A DNA stretch of 64,000 nt from Lytechinus pictus (lineage: Eukaryota). The position numbers and the translations under genes were made by a program. Position 1 is the first letter of the stretch; the number at the start of each line of letters is the position of its first letter. The stretch covers positions 16,060,001 to 16,124,000 of the forward strand of contig NC_087250.1 of assembly GCF_037042905.1 (NCBI RefSeq). Direction: 5' to 3'. Below, one piece after another: positions 11,776 through 27,328 of the stretch. The notes under the pieces are model-generated. The model was not told the DNA's origin. It did not search any database and saw only the letters and a list, made by a program, of their open reading frames with translations.

Positions 11776-14282
11776 TAAAACGATCGAAAGGTAAGAACGT
11801 TAAACTCCTATTTAGGCTTAATATACCAGGTTGTGTGTGGTCACTAAAGACCCTCTGTCAAGACAGAACCGTCGTGCAAACGTTATTAGTAGTATTGGTC
11901 AGAATAATATCGATGAGACTGCTACTGTTTTCGATTTATTCTAGTGGCAGTTTCGATAACTTATTTTAAATCATTACTGTCTCGTAGATTGTCAATAAAA
12001 CAAGAACTAGAACACTTACTATCACAATTGAAGTCTACCACATAGACTTCTTTTCCTTAAATAGTTGCCCTATTATATAGACTCATATGTTTCTTTGGTA
12101 CGAAATATCAGAGTTTGGAGGTCGAAAATGTGTGCCAATTAATATATTGGTGGACTATTATAACTTGAGTTCAATCTATAATGATTCGAGTCCATGTTCA
12201 AGATCATATCTACGTGTGTTATGTAAAGAGTCTAATACATAAACTGCAACGTCACCACTGTGATGTATGATCCAGTAACAAAGCAAATAAATGGAAGTTG
12301 AAGTTGTTGAATTAAATTTATTACAAACTCTCACTGTCAGGTTCATTTACATGAAATAGTACACATGAACAAAACATTTGGTCATTAGAGCTAACATAAT
12401 AGCAAGAGGTTATGTTAAATTGATCAAATTGCAATGTCTTACTGGATAATTATATTTATGGGAATCGCGCACCAAGCACGCAATTTCCACAGGTAATCTG
12501 TCGTCCGAATAAACAAAATATGAACTTGACTTTCGTGTGTTCTGAATGTCAATAGTGCTTTGAGAGGTCACAGGGAAGTAAGTAGGCCCTATTGTTTCGA
12601 AACTCGTAACTGGTCATATCTAATGATTACTCCTGGCAGAAAATAATATAATTTGAACAGATAAAGAAAAATCAGACAAACAATACACTGATAATTTGAT
12701 CAAAATCGGAAAAGGAGTAACAAAGCTATGGCATTTGAAGATTGGCATTATTTCAGTGAAACAGTTCTATGTTGTCTTCATGAATATTCAACGAGCTAAC
12801 TGGTGATGCCATATCCCCACTTGTCTAGCCTTTTGTATTTTATTACATGGAATTATGTAAATTCAAAATTTTTCCTCCGATCAAGTACCAAAAAAATTCG
12901 CCACTGATTCAATGCGTTAGATATCCATTACTGCTACTTATCTTATTACAGGAGACATAATCATGCACACATGTATGCAAATGTGAAATAATAATGATAA
13001 CAAGGAAGATGTGACATTATCAGCCCACCTTATGAATTTCCACGACGACGTACGTATATAAATAATTGTTTTCACAAAATAGTAGGCCTAAACTTTGAAA
13101 TACAATGACTTCGTCATTTTCTTATCAGAATTTGATGAAACTTTCAGCATGTTGCTCGGTGCATTTTATTCTAGTTCTTTACTGTATTATTATTTTCATG
13201 AAACCATAATTATTTCATATCTTCATACATGTGTATATGATAATGTCTCCCGTATAACTAAGAAGCAGCAATTAATATCTGAGCCCACCCCCCCCCCCCC
13301 CACACACACACACACACCCTCACACACACTCACATGGGGCCTACGCTACATCATGAAACAAAGAGTGAACGTGTTAAGAGGGGAGTGAGGGTTGGTAAGA
13401 GGCAAGATGGGGGAATTTCGATCCAACATTGACCTTTTTCTCAATGTGACCTTGTGACCATGAATGAGATGGATGACGATCAGGAGTACGATGCATGGTG
13501 GTCGATGTATTCGTCTCACTCTCCACACACACAGTCCCCCGTGATTGGAATACGATCAAGTTTGAAGATCAATAGGTCATTAAACAATGCTTACTACGTA
13601 CTGAGATAAGCCTTAACATCGTACGTCACAGGTAAAACAGTGCAAGATAACTTGATATTGACTCTGATCTCCCTCCACCCCTTCCTCTCACTCTCTCCAC
13701 CCCCCCCCCTGTCCTCACTTCTAAAACCCTCTCTATCTCCTCTAACTTTATCTCAATACCATAGTCTACACAATATAATGTGTACCTATGACGCAGGGGT
13801 CACGGATATGGGGGGGGGGCTGAACCCAGCCCCCTTCCTACGTTTGGCTCAGCCCCCAACTTTCAAAGCTGTTCTGTGGCCCTTGTGACGGACTCTTTTC
13901 CGTTTGTTGTTGTTGTTGATGGTGTTCTTGTTCATAATTATCAAATTATAAATTGAATTATATTAACATGATAGAGTTACCATAATAGTAACTTTAATGC
14001 AAAGGTGCCCTAACTTGCAATCAGTCAGCGCTAGGCTTATTGTTTACTTTGCCAATGTCTGCTACATGTACCATGAAAAAAGTTTATTCTTATTTACTGT
14101 TGAGCAATTTTACGATGGTAATTACCATGCACTGGGTAGCACAGTGGCCGTTATAATGCAACGTCATTATTATACACAGTAAAAACGAAATTTACAATAG
14201 TTGTTCAAACAGTCTAAACAAGTGTTTAAAATCTTAAACAACAGAGTTTGGTAAATGGTAGTGATTTGTACCTGATTGCTAT

Positions 14283-14456
14283 GAAAGCACGAATGCTTGA
14301 CAGCAAACAACCAGAGGACCGACGGGTAGGGACCTGGTAACCGGGCATGGTAATGAGAATTTAAATACCTAACCAAAGGACACTAGCGCACCAATTGGTA
14401 ATCGAACCCGGGTAACCGGAATACTAAACCCCCGCTCTACCATGGCCCTATCGCAC
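14283..14456 (-). mobile_element. Degenerate tRNA-derived SINE (same family as 57255-57490)
   Basis: Shares gggacctggtaa...taccaaagg.cactagcgcacca...aatcgaacccgggt...cccgctctacc with the 57.4-kb copy. Confidence 0.6.
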
Positions 14457-14798
14457 CTCCGCTTTCATTTTAAATATATGATCCTCATTAAATTAAGCAT
14501 GGTTGTTAAAATTTTTAAGCAACTACTGTAAGGTTCATATAATAAAAAGCATTTTATTATGTACAACGGGGCCAAGATCAAGCAGACAGATTGCCATTTT
14601 TAAATAATAGTGAGTTAGTTTGGGAAGTTGCATTTACTCCTGCATCGATCAGGATCATAGCATTTCCGTCTTAGTTCTTCCGCACTACACGGTGTTTTAT
14701 CATTCTGATAATATATTTCGATACCATTCATTCTCATTTGATGACAGCACAAAATGATTTTGTAATATTGAAAAAATTATCAAATGACAAAAGACCGA

Positions 14799-15088
14799 GG
14801 TCCCGTCTTACAAAGAGTTACGATTGATCCAATCGACCACAACTATGGAAAGCCAGCAACGCCAACATCTAAAATACACATGTCGGTTCAAAATATTTTC
14901 TAGTTAAGCCGTACATTTTTTCATGTATTCATAATTTTCTTTGAAAATCAGTACATGTGCTTCTTTTTGTTTACAAAGGACTTTGTGAAAAATCCCTGAA
15001 GAAAAAATTACGACATTGATGGATTTTCATAAACTTAAGGTTGATTGGATCGACCGTAACCATGGTAACTCTGTATAAGACGGGGCCC
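14799..15088. mobile_element. MITE with TIRs
   Basis: ggtcccgtcttacaaagagttac ... gtaactctgtataagacggggccc. Confidence 0.6.
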
Positions 15089-15905
15089 AGGCTTGTCACC
15101 CATATCCGACCGATTTGAATTATTTCTAATCAACGGTAAATAAATGCCAATATTTGTTTACCTTATTTTATATTGATTGCAGACGCTTTGTCAGTATGCA
15201 TTTATCTCGTTAACACAGATACCGAGTTAGGTTGACCGTCTGAATAAATACACGTGCAAATATAATAAAGGGACAAGAATAAATACAAAACACAAAGACA
15301 CCAATATCAATTACCCTTAATATATCATCACTGCAAATACACACAATGACTTGCTAAATAATGACTGAACAATGAACCGAGTCTGAACTTGGATCCTCTG
15401 AACGTCAACTTGACCACCACACGAGCACACGTCGTGGCTAATCAACATAAAAACAATGACTGCAAAATAAACATTTTGTTTATGGGACCGCAACATATCG
15501 CGTCTATAACCGGCCTTTCACACGGTAAAAAAAAAATCGTTATTTGAATGATGAATCAAGTGAAAAATACGGCTAATGACGAATATTTAGCATGTGTGAA
15601 ACCAAACTAGAACATGATTAGATTCACGGACGCTAATCACAGCCACGATAACAATAGCAATCGTCATTACATGATGATTCAAGAATCAGGTATGAAAAGG
15701 CCCTTCCTCTACTGAATAAAAGTCTCGTTTAGGTCGTTGTGGGCTCCTAATAGGAGTAAAATTCTATTATGCGTGGATTAAAATTCAAAAGGTATTAATC
15801 TAATCTCGACACAGACGGAGGTTGTTTGGGTCGGAGTAGTGTCCGTCTGGATAGAGTAACGCCGACCTGTCCTCCGACCGGGCTTCCTGCGACCAAAACA
15901 TCCTA

Positions 15906-16150
15906 CACTGCAAAAACTGTGGTGTTAAGACTGACACCAGTTGGTGTTAATAGACGACCACACCATGAGGTGTTAAATTTACACCCTATAGAGATTGAGC
16001 ATAACACCAATTAAAGAGTGTAAATGTAACAACAAAAGGTGTTGTAATAACACCTTTAGGCGTTAAACTAACACTGTCAATTTAACACCAGTGTAAAATA
16101 ACTGGTGTGGTCGTCTATGTACACCGGTTAACACCACAGTTTTTGCTGTG
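15906..16150. mobile_element. CAC...GTG MITE with 2-bp TSD (CMC/EnSpm-like), copy 1
   Basis: TA|CACTGCAAAAACTGTGGTGTTAA ... TTAACACCACAGTTTTTGCTGTG|TA. Confidence 0.75.
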
Positions 16151-16330
16151 TACGCCTGGGTCGTGATAAGACTTTAATCCATTCATAACAGAATATTACT
16201 CCGACTGGACTGGGATCCCAAGTCTGCACGAGGCTGATATTACTAGAATGTACTTTTCTTTTCTTCGAAAGGTAAATTATATGGTAACCTTGATTTTTAC
16301 TGACTGTCCAACCTTGTCTAGTTAACTCGA

Positions 16331-16332
16331 TA

Positions 16333-16366
<34 letters not shown>

Positions 16367-16402
16367 ATAATAATAATAATGATAATAATAATAATAATAA
16401 TA
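16331..16402. repeat. Compound (TAC)n(TAA)n microsatellite
   Basis: Directly visible. Confidence 0.9.
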
Positions 16403-17526
16403 TGCAACATTTATATAGCGCTTAATACAAATGTTTCTAATCGCTGCATTGTTAATTCTTAATGTACTGGGACATGCATGGGGAGCCTTTCATGAAAGGA
16501 CTTATCGGACGATTTATCCGCCAAGTCCGATTTTATCTAACAGTTACCATGGTAACAGTAATTTTCAGCCAATCAGAACAACGGAAAGAAGTCAGATCTG
16601 ACAACTTGTCGGACAAACATGCATGTTCATCATCATGAAACAGTCCCATGATCATTATATAAGCACTGTGGTGATGCGTAACCATTTTTAAATGCGAATT
16701 TCAATTCACAAGACTCGTTATAAGACTTTAATTTTTCGAGGGGACAAACGGGGGGGGGGGGTATAGGGGAGGAGTGGACTTTGATTTTGTTTATATGTGG
16801 GAGGGGCTTAGGTTTTGTTCATTTCCGTTCAGCTAAACTTATGTATTTCGATCTAAACTTGCATCTTAATAATTCAATAAAAGTGTTACATTAAAGATAA
16901 TCATGAGTTAATCTCTTTTTAGAGGAAAATGAAAGTTTTGTTACTTGGTATTTGAATGTGAAGTCGGGGAACCAAACACACATCTGTAAAATCTAACAAA
17001 AAAATCTGTAAGGTATAACAAAAAATCTGATGCAATAGCGTTGTGTGTAAGCGTGCCTCACCACTGTATTCAGTGCAGGTGTGAATGCAGTTGGAAAACA
17101 CTCCGTCCATCAGAAAGGACGCAAATGTTGGTCCTGTGTATAGGAGAGTCACAACCTATGCACGTTAAAAATCAATACACTATTCGTCAAAGAGTACGGT
17201 GTTAACCCGGTGTATTGCACCTGCCGGTCGCGGCAAAATACAGGTCAATTCAATCTTGACGTACATATGCCATAATAACCAATATAATGATTGTGGGCAT
17301 TAACGGAAAGACAAGACAAGATTTAAGTCAACATTTTTGGGGAAAATGATAAGGCTTCCCTAAACCAGTTCGTTTAAGACTATTCATTACAAGAACTAGA
17401 CACAGAATCATAAAAAAAAGAATGCTTGAAACGTCGTAAGAGCCTATACATCTTTAGAATATCCCTTTTCTTCCAAACATGGCCATATTTTCAATCCTCC
17501 TTGCGTCCGAGTTTGCCCATCCTTAA

Positions 17527-18105
17527 ATGACAAGCCCACCCCAACAAAAAGTTTATTTGAATAAAAAGAGAAAGATCCAACAAGCATATACACTGAAAAT
17601 CGGATAAGAAAGCTATGATATTTTAAAGTTTCGCTCAATTTCACAAAACAGTTATATGCACATCTTGGTCGGAAGTCAAATGAGGAGACTGATGACATCA
17701 TCCACTCACTATCTCTTTTGTATTTTATTATATTGTGAAATATGAAATATTCTAAATTTCTCCGCATTGTAAAGTAAAACAACGATCAATTCCTCGAGCT
17801 CCCTGAATATGTGGAATTAGCATTTTTAATACTGGTTCAGTCAAGTTGGTCCTTATTGTCAAATCTGTTAAAATTTTTGTATAATTCAAACAATAAAACA
17901 CAAAATAAATAGTGAGTGAGGGACATCATCGATTGTCTCATTTGCATGTAACTGAGTTGTGCATATCACTGTTGTGTGATGAATAAGTTGAACTTTAAAA
18001 TGTCATAACTTTCTTATTTTACATCCGATTTTAATGAAAATGTCAGCGTTATGGTAGTTTGAATTTTCGCTATTTATTCAAATCAACATGGGACGGACTT
18101 GGCCT
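17527..18105. mobile_element. TTAA-TSD MITE (Kolobok/piggyBac-like), ~590 bp
   Basis: TTAA|atgacaagcccacccc ... ggacttggcct|TTAA. Homologous to 40545-41135 and 55192-55801, and to degenerate copies near 3250-3750, 12650-13170 and 25480-25935. Confidence 0.7.
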
Positions 18106-18520
18106 TTAAAGATTCTATCATTACTTCCTTATAATCAGGCAAGATTGAAAAGAAAATCACTCAATGTGGTATAAGATTTTTTTGACTGATATCTCTAAGG
18201 GATAATCTCATAAAATCAGGAAAACTCTCGGTAATCTCTGAGCGTTAATAACCCGTTAAGATCAACTAATTACAGAATGAGTAATGCATTCTTCTAATAG
18301 GACATATCTTGTTACGAACATTCTCCTTCATGTTTTTTCGTGTTTTACATGGACATTTTATAGTTCTGAATCATGATATCGCGATGGTTATCATCACAAT
18401 TACAGAAGAATAGAAACCATAAGTAGTAACAATAATAATAATAACAATAATCATAAAAATTATAATGATAATAATAATGACAATAATAATATAATAAGAC
18501 TAATATCAATAATAATAATA

Positions 18521-18713
18521 GGGCAGTTCCATAAAATAATCAACCTTTTCGTACGTCCGACCCACATTTTTCTCAAGTCTTACTTCACTTCATAAACAGA
18601 CCCTTGAGAACATTACTGACTGTCAAACGAACAAGAAATCAGAGAAAGAAAATTTCACGAAGGCCCCACATATAGGCCCTGGGGTCGGACGTACACATTT
18701 TATGGAATTGCCC
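18521..18713. mobile_element. MITE inserted in an (AAT)n microsatellite
   Basis: gggcagttccataaaat...gtacgtccgacccc / ggggtcggacgtac...attttatggaattgccc inverted repeats, flanked by (AAT)n. Confidence 0.65.
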
Positions 18714-21094
18714 AATAATAATAATAATTACAACAATAATCATTATTATTATCATCATAATCACAATAATCATACACGTTCCTAATGTTCTTTTTCTCTT
18801 TTTTTTTGGGGGGGGGGTGGGGGGTGCTTCCTTAGTCTGAGTTTGCTTTTTATACATTACCCTCAATTAACACTAATTCGTTTAGGCTAAACTTCTAGGG
18901 ATTTTCAAAATATAAATGATTTGATCTCTGTCCTACAATGCGATCACCCCACCGAGTATCATTGAATTCAATATTCACATTTTCTAATCCCTATGTACTT
19001 GCATTGCAGATATCATATCAGGTAGGCTAAACGCTAACATGCGGAAACGTTTGAAAATATTTCAAGTGGGTGTCATGAGAAAAAAAAACAGTTGTCATGG
19101 TTACACAGCATCTAATTTCTCTTGCTATACGGTTTGGCATTGGATTATGATGACATCATTTTGTAAAGTGATATAATAGATGTTGTTTTATAAATCTTTG
19201 AGGAACTTCATGCACAGGGTAACTCGGTGAGAGGTCACAAAAAGAGAATCTATTCGAAATTATAGGTTAATCATTCGTGAAATATATAAAGTGAGCGTAA
19301 GAGAGGCACCTCCACCGCCCCCAATAGTCTACATAGGTACAGACCCTTGGTTTTTGCAATTCACATAGTGCATGATGCAGAGTCTGAATTAGTAAGACTA
19401 GATTCACTATGTACTGTGGCTAGCTCTATTTGACACAGACAGATTCTATGGAGTCTAGTTTTCACTCTAGACCTGTTATTGGTTGAAGTGTCAAGTATGG
19501 GTCTGTGCATGCAGACTACACACCACCACATTTCCCAAACTTGCATCCGTGTTGGTCCTTCAATGCACTATACTGTCCCCCGATATATTCTCGGATCGCC
19601 TATCTATAGTTTTGAAAGGGGGACGTTGTATATACATGTAGATGAAAATTAAATAGTAGGGATTCGAATGCGAGCGAAGGGTTGATATAACCCAATAAGA
19701 CGAAGGAACAGTGAGTAATGGTTTGATATGGCGTGCGATTAGAAACGAAGACGAGGGAATAGATCAGGCAATCTTGTTCGTTGTGTCATCGGGTTGCTTC
19801 GTTACGGGTTCTTTCGAGATCGGTCCACTTTGGCAAAAGCGCGTAGAGGGACTATGCGCGACAAAAACACACGAACGGTAAACGAACGATTACCTCAGAC
19901 TAAATAAGAGGTGCGAATTCAAATAGATGACCAACGATTATTTCCGCGCGAATTTGAATAATCGCAGCTGTTAGTTCAGAAGTTTACGAACCCAAACACG
20001 AAGGGTAAATATGATTTACTATCAGTTACCATTGAAAACGATTAAAAAGTGCCTTTCGCAAGCCATCGCAAGGCATATTTCAGGCGATTCGTTTAGGTGT
20101 GAGGGGGCCTTTAGTCAGAAAAAGAAATAAGGGTTCTTATTCCAAACTTTCGTAAGTCCTAAAATGTAATCTAATGTTCGTTAGTTTTTCGTTTTCAGAC
20201 AAACGAACATCGATGTATACAGTAAGCAATTTTCGTATTTCGGAAAATAAACGAACCTTCGGAATAACGAACTGTCCTCAGATATCACCTGTTCTGTCAG
20301 GATGCAGTCTTAAGTCCTTAGGAAGAGGACTTTGGCCCTGGGCATTATATATCAATAATTTAGAAGGGGACATGAATCACAAATGTGCCATTTCCCTGGC
20401 GAACACTACACATTAATGTTTCAGTAATAGAAGTCCGTGTTTGACATAATTTTGTACAAGCTTTTATTACAAAATTATCATATTGCAAAATTATTATACT
20501 TCTCAATTAATCTGTATATAGGCCTACATGTACTTAATATGTGAATAATGGGATGTATATTTGTCATGAAAATAAAGTAAATTTCTAAATCTTCTTGAAA
20601 AAAAATCTTGAAAAAAAAAGAATATTATAGGAATGTTTAAATAGGGCCTATATCGATATTTTGAGGGGAACATTAAATCTAAAAATTGCATGGTGTAATA
20701 TACGCTTTGTCCTCTGTCATCTGATTATGCAATATAGGTAAGCCAACATTGTTTACGTGCCAATATCATGAAGACCGGATGATTACAAAGTATCCGTTTT
20801 CAAGGATATTGTAGTATCCACACAGATGGAAATACCCTGAATAATAGCATATCGAATGTCGAATATGGTCATATCAAAATTATCCATTTATCATGTCCGT
20901 TTAAGCTAGCGGTTACTCAACATCGATGAGGTAGTATGGTTTTCACGGGAAACCGAAAGTGACAATTACACGATCTAGCTTGATGCATGCATACTATTTT
21001 AACGATTATATCATCTATTTATTTCTTTAGTTTATACATTCAGTTTTATAAAAAAAACAGGGTAGTCCTTTCAGTGGATTCATTTTCATTTAGT

Positions 21095-21452
21095 TCAGTT
21101 CCAATTCGTCCAATTGCCAACTCGTCTACTATCATTTGGTCTACCATCAGTTCGTCCAATATTCATATGTTCTAATTGCCATTTCGTCCACTCACCATTT
21201 CGTCTATTTAACCAGTTGGTTCAATAGCCATTTAGTATTTTAGACCGTATACCATTTGGTCTAATTAGATTAAGTGTTATTGGGCAAAACGAATGAAAAT
21301 AAAGCGAGTATTAAACCAACTGGTTATGAGACGAAGTGATGATTGGACCAAATGGTTGTTGGACGAAATGTTGATGGAAATGGCATTAGACTAAATGAAG
21401 GTAGACCATGTTGTGAGTGGGCGAGTTGGCAGTGGACGAATTTACAATTTAC
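21095..21452. mobile_element. Foldback MITE with short internal subrepeats
   Basis: aattcgtccaattgccaactcgtctac... versus ...gtagac...gcgagttggcagtggacgaatt, with repeated (c)gtcca/tggac units. Confidence 0.55.
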
Positions 21453-24400
21453 CTTTCAGTGCCCAAAGGTCTGCTTTCAAAATTGTAAATTGTCAGCACA
21501 TTTGGTACTCAATCTATCCACTTTAAATGTCACAGATTTTGAAATAAATCCAGGGTCCCGTGAACACAAAGGTTAGCGATAAATCTTATACGCTTGATTT
21601 TCACGATACCCTTCTCTGGTCAGATATGGAATGTCAGATATATATCCTATCCAAAGGTAGTAAACATTCGACCCTCTAATTTCACATTTAATTTTTATGA
21701 ATTTTTCAAAAGTGCCATTTTAACACACAAGTCTATGGGGAATGTTTTACGCGCGTGACACATTGTGTATAGGCGTGCTTCCCACCTATTACCACAACCC
21801 AAGGGAAAATGTGTCCTCTTGATACAGGACAATTATAGATAGGTTCTGTAATTTCCTTATAAACTTGAGATATTGTTGATGGCCACTAAATACAGGTTTT
21901 CATTTTAGACAGGTGGCCGATGAGACAAGTTTGACCAGGTGGGTGTTTCATAAAGCTGTAATTCGTATAAGTAAGGAACGACTTTAAGAAAGACTGGTGA
22001 ACCTTTCTTTAGTTTCTTACGCGCTAAATAATCACCAATGAACATTAAAATGGTAAATGTCATTTACCACAAGAAAGGTCACAAGTCGTTCTTACAGTCA
22101 CTCTTAACTCACGAACAGCTTCATGAAACGGCCCCCAGTAGGTAAAGAGCCCCCAACGAAAAGGCTGACATGGCGTATAATAAACAACTATTTTGAACTT
22201 TTTAATAAAAAAAATATAAATTGTTGAACAGATTTCGATATAACATTCAAAATATGTAATATTTCACCATTTTTATTTTCATTTTCTTTCTTCTTTTTTT
22301 TTTCTCTCTCTCCTTCTTGGGCATGAACTTCCGGGAGCCCACCCCACCTGTACGCCAGTGGAGTGACTGTATTTTCATTTTCTACTAATAGGCCCTTACT
22401 GCTTCTATGTTTGGTCAATAAAATTGCAATAATAAAATAAGAAAAATCACCAAACACATCATTGTGAGTCTCTGTCACCGCGTGCTTACAAAATTAATGA
22501 TTTTATTTGTTTAGTCCATTTTTACTGATTGACACCGATAGATTAACGATTGAACCTATTGAACTATGCACACGCTCTGTTTGCTAATCAGCCACGTGTA
22601 TGGTGAGTGTATACTTTGCCTTCTTTCATGTCTTTTGCATTATTTGTTTTATTTGAATGTTTGTAAAGAAAGGAAAATGTTCAAGTATCGAGCCTGGATG
22701 TTCAAGATCAAAGTGCACAGAGTTCGTAATAATCACGATAATACCCCGAATGAAATTTTATTCAGGATGAGACAGTGGCAGCTATATAGTGTCAACATAA
22801 TGGATGGAGGAAGGCGACGCCAAGGGGCGGAGGCAGAGGGCGACCGTCGCGAATTGCCCCCTTAAAAAGATAGTGAAAAGCGGGGGGGGGGGGGGGTTGA
22901 ATGAGAAGAAGAATTTAAATGAAAAAGAAAGTATAAATGTAGAGTCTATGAAATCAAGACATCTAGATCATTAGAACACCCTTGTAATTCAATTCTTCGG
23001 GTCTTCCAAAATATAAGACAAATAAAAGGTTAATTCAGCGACCTCTGGCTCTAACAAAATACATTCCATGGTAACAATGATCATTGTCTAATACGATAAT
23101 TGAGAGATATGTTTGTTTCTCTGCGATACAATCATGACTGTTTGTTGAACATGACCTGTGTGTATGTTATGACCTATTCTCTATTGTCATGATTATCTTT
23201 AGGACTTTGACTTTGAAAAAGATGCCTGATTCATAAAGTCATTATCCTATTATATTGTCTTGATATGAATTAGCGCAAGCAAGTTTTCATTCGAGTCAAA
23301 GTTCTAAACATTTAACAAGTTTGTGACTTGTTTAATGCTCAGGCCCTTCATCAGACCTGTTCTAAAAGACTAACGATTGTAATAATTTTGCTTAAAGGAA
23401 TATCTACCATTGAATTTTGCTTTTTTTGATTTGCTGCTGAGCCCTGTTACCATGGTATTTACCACAGTGGCAAAGTAACCATAATACCTAATATTTCTTA
23501 ATGAAATGGACGCCAAAAATTGAAAGGATAGTGAGATATTGATGATCAGCTAAAATTCGATTTATGAATTAAAATTTGATATGGGGCTACATAAAACACT
23601 GAATCGCTTTATACAGCATGTATTCGTGTATATTCATCGAAATGGTAAAGTAAAGGTGCCCTAATTCCACCCGTGCATTAACCCCCCACGTGTCCCCTGG
23701 GGGCTGGGGAGCATTTCATGAAAGGATTAATTTTGTAGCAAGGTGTTTTTTTTCGACAAGTCCCCTTTTCCGATAATTTACAATCGTAACAGCGCTTCTC
23801 AACCAATCAAATTCAAAGAAAGTTGTCAATCTGACAACGGCAACATGACGGGCAGCATTGTTGATGAAACGCTCCCTAATTGGACCTGCGCCTAAAAATC
23901 CTTCGCTTTGATTCTTGAGCGTCGTAACCAAGGCAACTTGTCATTTATTGTTGGTTTCCATAGTAATCTGAGACAGGGTGAATATCAGTTGTCTAATTTG
24001 AAATGAAAATTAGAAGCGAATTAATGTCCTTTTTTTTTGTATTGCATGAAATCATGTTAGTCGACATTACTCCCTGCAGTGCCAGATCATATAACCTAGA
24101 GGTATACGTGTTGGGGAGAGAGGGGGGGGGGGGGGGGGACGTTAGTCAATGATATCGACGTCATTTTTTTTTTCTTACTCACTGCATAAATACAGATATT
24201 ATACCGTCTATCCCACATGCATGTATCCCTTTCTTTTAAATATTATTCTTGCGTCTTTCCTTTTTATTTTTCCTCCCTTTTTCCCTTAAATACCATAGGA
24301 GACATAGGAGACAAACCCCACATCTCCTACCTTGAGACTCTGCTGTGTGACCCTTTAATAGGCCTACAAAGATAGGTGCATGCATGTTACATGTCCCAAT

Positions 24401-24727
24401 GACCCTCATTTGTCTTATAACTCCCATAGAGATCTCATTATGCGCCGATTTCTTCGGCGTGCATCCAGTATAACACGTTAATCCATATTTTAAAGGGAGT
24501 GATTCGTGTTAAAAGTACTTCTGGCACCTTGTCCATTTGCACAGTGGTGTATCTTGGAGCATCAGGGCGTGCCTCATTTTATTTTACTTTTTGAAAGTTG
24601 CTACAGTAGGATAGTAAATATTGCTGTCATAATGTGACAATGTGACAGTGACAATTCTGCTATCATGACAACTTTTTTTTGTGTGAATGGGGCCCAGATC
24701 TGAGGGGGTTGAGGATAACCCCATATA

Positions 24728-24946
24728 TATTGGCGGATCCAAGGGGCACGTCCGACCCGTGCCCCCCCCCCTCCTTTAAGAGGGCATAATAAAAAATCAT
24801 AATGGAAATATGCCGTTTTTACACAAGTGTGCCCTCCCCCCTTTGAAAGTGAGGACATTTTTTCCTTTTTTTTTGGGGGGGGGGCTTGTCAAATTTTCAT
24901 TGGGAAAATGTGCCCCCCCCCATGGAAAATCCTGGATCCGCCCCTG
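24728..24946. mobile_element. GGCGGATCC-TIR MITE with poly-C/poly-G tracts
   Basis: ttggcggatccaagggg ... cctggatccgcccctg; same TIR type as 31932-36806. Confidence 0.55.
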
Positions 24947-26310
24947 CCCATAAAAATCACGACCAAGAAAAAAAAAGTGAAAGAAAAGGGAAAGTGGTGA
25001 AATATGATATTGTTTTCTGGATATGATATTTTCATCGAAAAGGAAATAATCATATAACAGGAGCATGAAAACACCCAGAAAACAACTTTCTTACAATAGT
25101 TAATAAAAATTCACGTAATTAATGAACAATGGGAAATGTAAGAAGTCTCTTGACGTCACGTCACTTAAGAAACACGAATCAATTATGTTCTCTATTTCAA
25201 AGCCATTTGTGAGGGGGTATTTTCTTTCTTCTAGTAGGATCCATGACACAGGGGATCCACTTTCGATTGCAGAAGTGATTACAAGTCGAGCGCTAAATTG
25301 GTTTACGAGGACATTACGATCCAATCCAGTAATTAATTATCACTATAGTGTATTTACTTTGAAGATAAAACACGGACGGCCAGACAGCCGTAAAACCACA
25401 GTCGGTCATTATAGACCAATAATCTATCCGTCCTGCAAATTGCAACGTGCAGCAAAACGTTTTTTTACCAGCGAAGTGTCACGTCCACCCTAACAAAAAG
25501 TTTCTTTGAATAAAAAGAGGAAAATCCAACAGGCATAACACTAATAATTTTGATCAAAATCGGATGTAAAATAACCCCCCCCCCCCCCCCCCACTTTCAA
25601 AACTGTTCCGTGGCCCCTGGTTAAAATGTGAAATGACCATTGTTTTAACATTAATGGTTCAGTCAAGTTGGTCCTTATTGTCAAATATGTAAACATTTAA
25701 ATATTGTATAATTCAAACAAAAAGGGTGAATTAGGTACATCATCGACTCTCTAATTGCATATCACTGAGTTGTGCATATACCTGTTTTATGAAAAATAAT
25801 CAAAAGTTTGAATTATCACAACTTTCTTATTTTCAACCGATTTTGATGAAATTTTCAGCGGTGTGCTTGTTTGATTTTTCTCTATTAACAGACTGATTAA
25901 AACCATCATTTTTCTGGTGGTGAACTTGGCATTTAAGTTTTCAGAGCGATTCATTAAAAAAGTATGTATATAGGCCTATACAACCCTTCCTCTTCCTTCC
26001 TATTAAATGCTAGGTGCATCCCAAAACAATTGATTTGGAGGAAAAGAAAACGAGTTAACATTCATAACGAGGAAAATTCAAATCAAAAGCCGCTGGAAGG
26101 CCTAAAGATCTTAAATAAGGAACTTTTTAAACCTTTTTTTTCTCAATTTCACTCAATATTAATGGACACCTCATGCAGTATATCGACGACGTCGGTCACT
26201 CAGGATTTCTTATGTATGAAAAATTGAAAAAAATATTTCAACAAAACATTCTTTGGTTCTTTTAGTCATGTTCGTGGACAGGTGGGATTAATCAAATAAT
26301 AATAATAATA

Positions 26311-27328
26311 ACAAGTGGAACGCCTCTGGCAGTCTCGCCTGCATTACTCGATTCAATATAGCAGCAGTGCTGACTTTGAAAACAGCTGTAGAATAATTAT
26401 TCACAAAAGAAAACTCTCATATGATAATTAAATACTATGTCCATTGACCCAATATGACCTTGACCATGATCATGTGACTTAAGACATGTGCAAAACATAC
26501 TTGATTACCCTTATGTCTATGTTTCATGAACTACATCTGTAGATCCATAAACTTTCTACGTTATGATGCCAATTCAACAAATACCCCCAACACGGCCAAA
26601 GATCATTGACCTTAAATGACCTTTGATCTTGTTCATGTGACCTGAAAGGCGCATAGGATATTCAGGAATACATGGTTACTCTTGTATGTCAAAGTTTCAT
26701 GAACTAGAGCCTATGACAATTAATTCCACAAATACCCCCAACATTATCAAAGTTCGTTGACCCTAAATGACCTTTGATTATGTGACCTGAAACTTGCACA
26801 GGATGTCTAAGTCTAAGTTTTATGAACTAGATCCATACATTTTCAAAATTATGATGACAATTCCACAAATACCCCCAAAATGGTCAAAGTTCGTTGACCC
26901 TAAGTGACCTTTTACCTGGGTCATGTGACCTAAAACTCGGGCAAGATGTCCAGTGATACACTATTACCCTTATGTCTAAGTTTCATGAACTACGTTCATA
27001 TACCTTCCAAGTTATGACAACATTTCAAAAACTTAACCTTGGTTAAGATTTCAATATTGATTCCCCCAACATGGTCAAAGTTCGTTGACCCTAAGTGACC
27101 TTTGACCTTGGTCTTGAGACCTGAAACTCAGGCAGGATGGTTAGTAATACTTGATTAAACTTATGTCCAAGTTTCATGAACTAGGTCCATATACTTGCTA
27201 AGTTCTGATGACATTTAAACAACTTAACCTTGATTAAGATTTAAATGTTGACGACGCCGCCATCGCCGCCGCCGCCGTCGGAAAAGTGGCGCCTATATTA
27301 TCGCTCTGCTATGCAGGCGAGACAAAAA
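26311..27328 (-). mobile_element. HINE/DINE-1-like element, copy 2 (more diverged, inserted in a (TAA)n microsatellite)
   Basis: Same termini (acaagtggaa... and ...atgcaggcgagacaaaaa), (GCC)n tract and central tandem repeats as copy 1. Confidence 0.8.
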